A DNA stretch of 62,680 nucleotides, filler included, from Chrysochromulina tobinii (Eukaryota): assembly GCA_001275005.1 (NCBI GenBank). It is 5 parts of 5 records of this genome, joined end to end, with 100 filler letters (N's around TTAATTAATTAA, not from the genome) between each part and the next. Parts side by side here need not be neighbours in the genome. Positions count along the whole stretch, not along the records: positions 36,120 to 56,571 come from JWZX01001062.1; positions 56,672 to 60,483 come from JWZX01001063.1; positions 60,584 to 62,680 come from JWZX01001076.1; 2 more parts are not named here. One strand, given 5' to 3'. The notes beneath the pieces are model-generated. The model was not told the DNA's origin and made no database searches. It was given only the letters and a program-made list of their open reading frames with translations. Both the position numbers and the translations under genes were made by a program. The number at the start of each line of letters is the position of its first letter. Within the stretch, counting starts at the first letter, position 1. Below are positions 54,721 to 62,680 of this stretch, piece by piece.

Positions 54721-55887
54721 ATGGAGCCAAAATCCACTTCAGGGTTTGCCCGCATCGCCGCCAGGATCCCATGGACGAACCAGTGCCTGACGAGCCAGTG
54801 CCTCCTCGGGTCGTTGGCGGCAGACGCCCTCTGCGGATGGGCAGACATGCTGCCGCCTAAGCACTCGGTCTGCCTCGTTCCTTCGCGCTTCCTCGGAGGA
54901 GGCCTTCACGAAGGTCTACTCGACTTTGAGGATCTCGCTGAAGTGTTGCCGCCGCACCCGTTGGTGTCGCTCACGCTGCCAGCTGGACTGCTCAGAAGGG
55001 TTCTTTCCGATGCCCAAGGGGTCGCGATGCAATCGTGCGCCGCTCCGTACGCGGCCCATTCATGGCAGGTCTCCTCAAATGTGCGTCTCGCTTGGTCATG
55101 CACGGGCAGCGACGCTGCCGAGCTACGGTGGCGCTCCGCCACCAATCGCTCCTCGTTTGAGCCGCTGGACGACGCCGTGCCCATCCATGTGCTGACGCTT
55201 GCTCCGGCGCTGCCGCTGCTGTTGCTCGAGGAGACGGGCAGTGACAGAGTCGCCGAGGCGCACCATTTTGCCGTCTCTGCGCAGCACGCCCTGGCAGACT
55301 ACCTCCGCGCGCACTCGCCTCTGAGCGCAGCGTCAGCTATCGAGGCTGTCGCGCCCTCGCCCTCGCGTATCAGCATGCAGCCGCCGCCCCTGAGCGCCGT
55401 GCCGAGCTCCGCGTGCGTCCCGTCGTCATGTGCTGCACGGACGCCGGCCGTCACGCGCGCTGCCGCCGCGCTCGGCCTGTCGGCCTACGACGCGGCACAT
55501 GTGCATGCTGTTGCCGCCTCGTCAGCGGCTGCGATTGCGCTTATGGGGGCGTTGCTGCTCTTCGCGGCGCTCGTGGCGCTCTGCGTATGGATGCGCCCGC
55601 GCCGCTGGCTGAGTCTCGATGCGCTGCCCGCGAGCCCACTGACGCCAGCTACTGGCGGGAAGGGGACTGGCGGCGCGGCGGCGGCGGCGGTGACCGGTAC
55701 CGCCGGCCTCGTGCCACCGCCCATGCCATCACTAGTGGACGTGCCGCCCGTTGGCCATAGTACGAGCCCCGTGAGCTCGCCGCTACTCGGCCGGCGCAGC
55801 AACCTCGCTCTCCTGCGCGATCCGGAGCGCGAGCCTCTCAGGACAGGCGGGCTGCGCGTCGTGAGCTACGCCGACCTGGGCGTGTGA
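54721..55887 (+). CDS. Stand-alone 5'-nucleotidase C-terminal-like domain with C-terminal transmembrane helix
   Basis: LGSLAADAL, GGGL..G...FEDLAEVLP, LVSLTL.AGLLRRVL, QVSS, PLDD, LADYLR; TM IALMGALLLFAALVALCVWM. Confidence 0.6.
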   Translation: MEPKSTSGFARIAARIPWTNQCLTSQCLLGSLAADALCGWADMLPPKHSVCLVPSRFLGGGLHEGLLDFEDLAEVLPPHPLVSLTLPAGLLRRVLSDAQGVAMQSCAAPYAAHSWQVSSNVRLAWSCTGSDAAELRWRSATNRSSFEPLDDAVPIHVLTLAPALPLLLLEETGSDRVAEAHHFAVSAQHALADYLRAHSPLSAASAIEAVAPSPSRISMQPPPLSAVPSSACVPSSCAARTPAVTRAAAALGLSAYDAAHVHAVAASSAAAIALMGALLLFAALVALCVWMRPRRWLSLDALPASPLTPATGGKGTGGAAAAAVTGTAGLVPPPMPSLVDVPPVGHSTSPVSSPLLGRRSNLALLRDPEREPLRTGGLRVVSYADLGV

Positions 55888-56417
55888 AAACCATGTCGTG
55901 TGAAAACCAGGCACTTGGAGGCAAACGCGCAGAAAGCAGGCGCGAATAAGCCGGGTTCTTTATCGCGTTGCCATCTAGCCATCACAGGATACAGCGCGTG
56001 CTGCACGTGGCATCGCATGCTGCACGGATCTGTGCTCCGGGACTCCGCGAATCTTCCATCATTCAGGGCTGGATTCCACCGGTTTGCTGCGCGCCGCTTA
56101 TCGTCGTTGCGACCCGAGGGACCCCGCGCCAGGACATAGCCCAGTCCCCAGAAACTGATCATTGATCACTGTTATCACTGAGCCCGCCCATGAGGGTGGG
56201 TAGTGTGAGTGACCTCAGGCGGCTTGCAAGTCTTACTGCACAACACGAGCGTTCTCGGTATAACGTGCCCGAAAACGGCGCCGCCGCCCGCGCCACGCCG
56301 CACGCGCGGATCGCGGTCGCGCCTGAGTGCCATGCTGAGTGCGGAGAGCTCGACGCTCGCGGCTCGGGGTAAGCGAAGATAAAGATTGCGATAGCCGATA
56401 CACGACTTACGTACGAC

Positions 56418-56563
56418 TACACAGCAACACTATTGAGGGAGTAATTGGGTCAATAATTGATGATCCGCTCAATAGTTGGTTTTGGGGCCCCAATAATTGA
56501 GTCGGACCCAATAATTGGCTCAATAGTTGAGCCAATTATTGAGCTAATAGTGCTGTCTGCGTA
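56418..56563. mobile_element. MITE-like element with imperfect terminal inverted repeats and internal CAATARTTG repeats
   Basis: Left TA-CACAGCAACACTATT; right end reads TA-CGCAGACAGCACTATT on the minus strand; six internal motif copies at 56451, 56470, 56491, 56509, 56521, 56533. Confidence 0.55.
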
Positions 56564-56571
56564 TTCACACC

Positions 56572-56671
56572 NNNNNNNNNNNNNNNNNNNNNNNNNNNNN
56601 NNNNNNNNNNNNNNNTTAATTAATTAANNNNNNNNNNNNNNNNNNNNNNNNNNNNNNNNNNNNNNNNNNNN
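56572..56671. other. Artificial contig spacer
   Basis: N run + TTAATTAATTAA + N run. Confidence 0.98.
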
Positions 56672-56676
56672 GAACC

Positions 56677-59600
56677 GTGCTCGAGGTCATGGGGGGCGAG
56701 CTGCACGACGCGTCCAGCACATCAATTGAGTCGTCACTAGGCAGCCACGCCCCATCGGTCGCTTCTGCCGACGCGCACTCGGCTGTGCCCGTGGCATGTG
56801 CATCTGAGCATCCACTATCAAGAGCTCCTTCTGCAGCACAGGTTGCCGTTCAGGGGGTGCAACATGGACGTGGGCAATCATCTTCGGCTCAGCCTGCATC
56901 CAGACCTGCATCGACACGACCTATTCAAGTACCTCAAGCGCGTAAACCGCGAGCACGTCATGGCTCCCGCGACACCCTTTCTGCCCGAGGAGGAAAACAT
57001 GATGTTCCGCCTACGCTCTTTGACGCTCCTGTCAAACGTAAGCGCGATGAACAGAATCGGCTTGCCCTTGCGGCATCTCCATCTTCGTTCAACCAACCTG
57101 GCCAGTTGGACCATGCAGATGTAAGCTCAACACCATGTGCTCTTCCTCCTCTCTCACTCGAAGGCCTCATTTCCCAGAGACACGAAAGGATCCAACAGCA
57201 ACGTGCCGAATCCGAATCCATTGAGGCAGATCTCTCCAAGCGAATGGCTACAGGGGTAAACCCTAACCCGCTTCTTTGGAAACTGTATTTAGGCAGCGGT
57301 GGCGGCACCGGAAACTCAAGTGCCATCAATGACTCAAGCGGCAGAAGCGCAGTTGACAGCGCATGTCACGGTGACGGCAACAGCAGTGACGGTCTTGGTG
57401 GCGAAGGTGACAGCGATGGCGGTCTCCGTGGCGACGACGTCAGCAGCAGCACAAGAGGCGGTGGCGGGAGGGTAGGGACGAGCGCCGAAGGCAGGAGCTG
57501 CGAGGACGCCGATAGTGCTGGCGCAGGCAAACGGAGGAGGACGGAGTCTGCATCAGCTGCAGCACCTTCTGACCCGGCTAACTCGCAGGTCCTGAATACC
57601 GTGGACGATGTGGCCGACGCAATCATGATCGAAGGGTGCAGCATTCAACATAGATCGCCACCGCCGCAGCCAACGCAGCCGCCGCCACCGCCACCGCCAC
57701 CGCCGCCGCCACCGCCGCCGCCGCCACCGCCGCCACCGCTGCTGCTGCCGACTATGTCCACGGAGCCGCAGCCGCAGCCACAGCAGACTACGGCAACGCA
57801 GCCGCAGGTGCAGCCGCAAGCGCATGCGTCGCCGCAGGCGCTGCTGCAGGCGCTGCCGCAGGCGCTGCCGCAGGCGCTGCCACAGCTGCAGCCGCGGCCG
57901 CAGCTGCCACACCTCCAGCCGCAGCCGCTGGCACAGCAGGATTCCGATGACGGCGGCGGCTATGACAGGGTCTGCAATGGCGACCGTGGTAGCCCCAGCG
58001 CCAACGGCCACAACCATGGAGGTAACCAAAGGGAAAGCACTGGTGTTCGTGGCTTCTCTCTCGGCCAATCTGTGGCGGTGTCTTCCCCGTTCCTAGCAGG
58101 ATTCCGGACTGGGCAAGGAGACTCATCTCGACTTCCAGACAACCATGGAGGTAACCAAAGGGAAAGCACTGGTGTTCGTGGCTTCTCTCTCGGCCAATCT
58201 GTGGCGGTGTCTTCCCCGTTCCTAGCAGGATTCCGGACTGGGCAAGGAGACTCATCTCGACTTCCAGATTACGCTTCCTTCGCGTCGAAGATCTTTGAAG
58301 CCCCTGCTGTTTCTGCTGCTCCGGCAGGCTTGCCGATCCGTACTTCAGGTACAGTATGTGCTACTTCAAGTGGCCTGGCATGCGCTGCAGCCCCAAAGCA
58401 GCGTGGAAAAATCGTTTCGGTTGGCGCGAAAACTTGGGCCCTGTTCCCTATCTCCAACAATGCTGCGCACTCGACGCTCAACCTCAACCTTCAAGAACAT
58501 ACAGATCCTCAGGAAGCTGATGGCCAGAGTGACGAAGAGACGAGCGAGGCATTCGAAGACGTCACGCGCGCAATGGTCGAATCGTCACTGAACACTTCGC
58601 ACGAAGTCTTTAAATGCACTATCAAGGGTATGCTCGAGACAGCGCAGAAGTCCCTCGAACATGAGCTACCCAACGCCCCGGCAAAAGTTGTGTCGAACTT
58701 GCCGCCGAAGATACGCGTACTCGTCGAACAGATGCAGAAAGATTATGCAGAGGAGGTAGCTTCCAAGGTATCAGTGCCCCAACTGGATAACCTTCAGCGC
58801 GAAGCTGATCGACTGGAAGCCCAAGGAGCTGAGCACGATACCTTGCGGCAGTCTCTCAGTCAGGGATTGCATCGGGATCTCCACTACGGTGATCTATGGT
58901 CATCCATACAAGAGGCGGATGCTTACGTGCGCTCACGGCCTGGCGCTCCACTGAGAGTCTTTACAGGTCCATCGGATAACTGCAAAGCCTATGTCTGCAC
59001 CACAAGATCACGTGATGACCGCAAAGATCGTGTCCAACGGTTCTTCGACGATGATGGTTGCAAGTGCATCGTCGTCCTTCAACGAGTATCAATGAAAAAC
59101 CTGAGAAGTGGTACATATTATCCAAGTGCTTGGACAAAACATGTTGTTCGTCAGCAAGGCATCCCGACTCCTGCACTGGAGGGACTTCGACCCGATCTTT
59201 CGCCAGATGAGAAAGTATGGGCGTGCGTTCTCACCGGTCGGCATACATGCATGGCGCTTAATCCACCTGTGGTCTTAAGGCCCGCTGATGGTTCTTCAGA
59301 TACAGGACAGCTATCGTGTGGGGCGTCCAATGCTCAAAGTACGTCAACAGTGCCCAGTTCCGCCTCCGCTATGCTCGCCACGGGTAAGTCACAAAGGAAG
59401 ATGAAAGCGTCGACACACTTTGGTCTTCTCAAGGGTGCATTCGATGCTAGAGGTGCAAAGTGGAAGATGCAGGACGTGCTCCGAGAGATGAAGCTATACG
59501 ACAGTTCGGCGTCGACGACGTTAGCCTTCACAGTGTTGAGACTGCTACGGACCCCGAGCCTCCTCACTCCGGAGTTCAACGTCAGCTTGCTGTTTGGTCT

Positions 59601-60201
59601 CGCACGCAACCTAAGCGATCAAGGACTCGGAGTTGTCTTCCATGTCGTCAACTCCCAGACAGTGGCAAAGATGATTACTGACATCGCGGAAAGACAATAC
59701 AAAGGTTATCAAAAGAAAAATCCGTCCGCCAAGTCCGTCAAGTTCGATGTCAACAACATCATGCCTTCGATCGAGAAGTACGTCAAGGAAGGGGAGACTG
59801 ACAACAAGTACGTTATAGGCTGGACTCTAGTTCCCGCGAACATGATGTACAACTCACTCTCGCACTTTATTCCGGTGGATGCCATCGACGGTGCTTCTAT
59901 GCGACAAACAGCCCAGGGAACCATGTTCATCAGAGGCACAAAAGATGCAGACGATCATTATCATCCCATCTCCATCAGTGTCATGTTGGCTTCTGAGTGC
60001 AACCTAGCTGTTGGTGCCATGATGGACGGCGAAGATCTACTTCTCAAGCAAGTTCGTGCATCGGAAACACAACGTCTCGCCAGTTCGCCATTGGACATGT
60101 TCGGACGCGTCACCATCACTGACGGTGGTCTGTCACTCATGAGTCAGCAAAAAAGAAAACATTCGAATACGTACCACACTGCAAAAAATCGCAGTACGTA
60201 A
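56677..60201 (+). mobile_element. Mutator/MULE-like transposase ORF, truncated at its 3' end
   Basis: C-terminal IPVDAIDG...GTMF...KDADDHYHPI...SE...TITDGG matches the MULE domain pattern; visibly lower GC than the host genes. Confidence 0.6.
58010..58268 (+). repeat. Perfect 129-bp tandem duplication (43 codons)
   Basis: 58010-58138 equals 58139-58267; peptide NHGGNQRES...SSRLPD twice. Confidence 0.95.
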
Positions 60202-60483
60202 CCGGCCAGTAACGCAAAACTCAGTGCGTAGTGACCTACGCAAACCAATGTACTGCGTAGAGATGAGTAGGAATTTTTATCTAACTGCGTAAAATGCCTT
60301 TTGCTATGCACTGAGTAATGAGAACGAGTTACGCGATGAGTGGTTACGGTTTTTCGCACCGGATATTGATTAGGAAAGATGCGGGCTACTGTACGCACTG
60401 CGTCAAAAACGTACGCAATGAGTACGCAATGAGTACGGAAATATATTACGCACTGAGTAAATACATTACGCACTGAGTAAATA
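60177..60483. mobile_element. Terminus of a CACTG-starting DNA element (CMC/EnSpm-like) with subterminal repeats
   Basis: CACTGCAAAAAA start, abrupt AT-rich shift, TACGCACTGAGT in both orientations (60219-60230 reverse; 60447 and 60467 forward). Confidence 0.55.
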
Positions 60484-60583
60484 NNNNNNNNNNNNNNNNN
60501 NNNNNNNNNNNNNNNNNNNNNNNNNNNTTAATTAATTAANNNNNNNNNNNNNNNNNNNNNNNNNNNNNNNNNNNNNNNNNNNN
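60484..60583. other. Artificial contig spacer
   Basis: N run + TTAATTAATTAA + N run. Confidence 0.98.
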
Positions 60584-60584
60584 T

Positions 60585-61340
60585 AGTCGACTTTTCCCCT
60601 TTTTCTCCGCGCACCTCATGCTTTGCGCGAGAACGTTGACCTTGCGTGCCTCACGTCGGTTTGTGACGCTGAGCAACTATACACAGACGCAGTGTTCGTG
60701 CTAGACGCATCTCCACGTGAAGCAGCGGCCTCAGGAAGCGGCGCCATCGATCTACACTACATGCACAAGCACAGTTGACTTTTGTTCGCATTTCTCGGCG
60801 CACGCTTGATTGACATATTCGCGAGGATCAAGTTCACCTACAGACTGCCCAGCTTCAATGTGTGACGTTTTGAGACAGAGACCCAGCGCTCGTGCTAGAG
60901 ACACATCTACGCGTGTAGCAGCGTCAGCGCTGGAAGCGGTGACTGTGCTCATTTTCAATCTGCACTTGCACACCACAGCACCGCAGTATGGACTTTTCCC
61001 CTTTCACGCTCGGCGCAATCTTGATTGTTTCGTGAGGATGTGTCACGTATCTGCAGGAAGCGTGTAACAACGGCTGCAGGAAGCGGCTTGCTCATCGATC
61101 AACACTTGCACTCCACCAGCACCATACAGTCGACTTTTCCCCTTTCTGCTCGGCAGGCGCTGTCGGCTCGGCTTGTCTGATGTCTCCGCGGTCGGCACGA
61201 CATCGCTTGGTTTCGCGAGGTCCGAGTATCAAGTTAACCTACACAGTGCCTCGCATCGAGGTGTGACGTTTTGAGCAGCTAATGGACACAGCACTTATGC
61301 TAGAGACGATGATGTTCTACATACGTGTAGCACGCGTCAA
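60585..61340. repeat. Degenerate tandem array of about four 140-215 bp units
   Basis: GACTTTT(CCC) anchors near 60585, 60772, 60988, 61129; GTGACG..TGAG...TGCTAGA...CGTG blocks near 60663, 60862, 61263. Confidence 0.6.
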
Positions 61341-62215
61341 CGTGTGTGTTCCGTGCGTGTGTCTCGGGCTCCCGGCTCCCCCGGTGAAGACATGTATACG
61401 CAGTGCTTGCTTGCAACATCGAAAGGGACATGCATGCGATGCACAGTTTGCGTGGGGACGTTGCCTAATTTGGGGTACCTTCGACACCACCGGTCCCGCC
61501 ACCGCCATCTCCTCCGCCCTCACCTCCACCACCAGATGTCGGCAGACGCGCCCGTTGGCGCGCCCCCCGAAGGGAACGCAAAAGAAGTCACTAGACGCCG
61601 ACGTCGCGTGACGACGACGGCGTCGAGTAACGACGTGTTGTGATGACGGGCTCGGATGCATCTACGCGAGGGAGGCGGCGGCGATGGCGGAGGCGACGGT
61701 AGCGGTGGAGCAAGTGGCGATGGGGGTGGTGGAGGCGAGGGCGGTGGTGGGTGAAGGCAGCCCGCTCCAGCCGCTACCCTGCCGCCGCCGCCTCCACCAC
61801 CCACAGCGTCCGAAAAGGATGCTGCCTCCTCCTCCTCGGCTTCTCCACCCTTGGCCGATGCTGAGTCCTTGGATGCCGCCAGCACGCTGTGGCCGTGTGT
61901 TCGCGCACGCTTTCCTGAGCGACGCACCGAACTGATGACGATGGCGGTGGCGGAGGCGGAGGCCATGACGGAGGCGGAGGCCATGACGGAGGCGAGACCG
62001 CCGGCGAGGTCGTCGGCGAGGTCGACGTGGGCACGGCGTCGGTGGCGGCGGTGGAGGTGGCGCCGACGACGGCGGTGATGGAGGCGGCGACAGCGGCGGC
62101 AGAGGTGGAGGCGGCGGCGGCGTCGAACCTGTTCACACAGACGCGCCCGAAGGCGCGCCCCCATCAGGGAACGCAAATTTGCACTCGACACCGTCGCATG
62201 ACGATGGTGTCGAGC

Positions 62216-62519
62216 GCTCTTCTCGAATTCGCCCTTGAAATTCGGAGCTACGCTTTCCTGATGTCGAGCGAAAGCCGTACAAGGCTATGAGCGCCTTCTG
62301 CCGTGTCTTTGCTTGGCTACTTCTCTCAATGCAGCGCTTTGATGCGTCAGCTAAGCCGTGAGTTCGAGGGGCTCTGGCACGTTGAGCTCTGCTCGAATTC
62401 GATCTTGAAATTCGGAGCTACGCTTTCCTGATGTCGAGCGAAAGCCGTACAAGGCCATGAGCGCCTTCTGCCGTGTCTTTGCTCGGCTACTTCTCTCAAT
62501 GCAGCGCTCGGATGCGTCA
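62216..62519. repeat. Two near-identical copies of about 134 bp, period 170
   Basis: CTCGAATTCG..CTTGAAATTCGGAGCTACGCTTTCCTGATGTCGAGCGAAAGCC...GATGCGTCA starting at 62222 and 62392. Confidence 0.9.
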
Positions 62520-62680
62520 CCTTGCCGCGCAATCTTTGCTTGCCGCGAGCATGTCGGAACAACGAAACTTCCGGCCCAACACGGCGGTTTCCCTGAATCA
62601 GGATTGCGGCTGTTGGCGGTTTCGGTCGTCGTGCGTGTGGGTGCGTTGGTGTAGCGTTGGTGGGTTGGGATGGTTGTGAG

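Noticed and set aside
61640..62200. Gly/Ala/Pro-rich coding-like stretch
   Set aside because: Interrupted by stops, low complexity, no recognisable domain
62250..62280. CTGATG...GAAA resembling a hammerhead ribozyme core
   Set aside because: Lacks CUGANGA, stem I and stem II; only a simple hairpin

Overview
GC-rich, intron-poor eukaryotic (algal) genomic DNA, most consistent with a haptophyte (inferred from MATX, the ART-domain protein type and the repeat style). The window is five unrelated contigs (1-19746, 19847-36019, 36120-56571, 56672-60483, 60584-62680) joined by artificial 100-nt N/TTAATTAATTAA/N spacers, so adjacency across spacers means nothing. About 22 protein genes are supportable. 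Housekeeping-type genes include a JmjC/NO66-like oxygenase, a TPT/NST transporter, carbonyl reductase, a scramblase with one intron, MATX, a USP, a ZIP transporter, a SIW14-type phosphatase, RUVBL2, bestrophin, a muniscin muHD protein, PAF-AH and a SET protein. The most unusual items are single-ORF domain fusions: (i) ADP-ribosyltransferase + EF-hand + ankyrin + CD39/apyrase-like domain; (ii) RlmN radical-SAM methyltransferase + Zn finger + FAD monooxygenase; (iii) RavA-like AAA+ fused to a ViaA-like VWA domain; (iv) SDR + RING; (v) a roughly 2700-codon coiled-coil/articulin-repeat kinase frame split by one in-frame TAG. Mobile-DNA traces include a TSD-flanked 89-bp retroposon, a dispersed repeat end, CAC-terminated MITE-like elements, and a Mutator transposase cut off by a second element. 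No tRNA, rRNA or CRISPR array was recognised. All family calls are from motif recognition by eye, not database searches.
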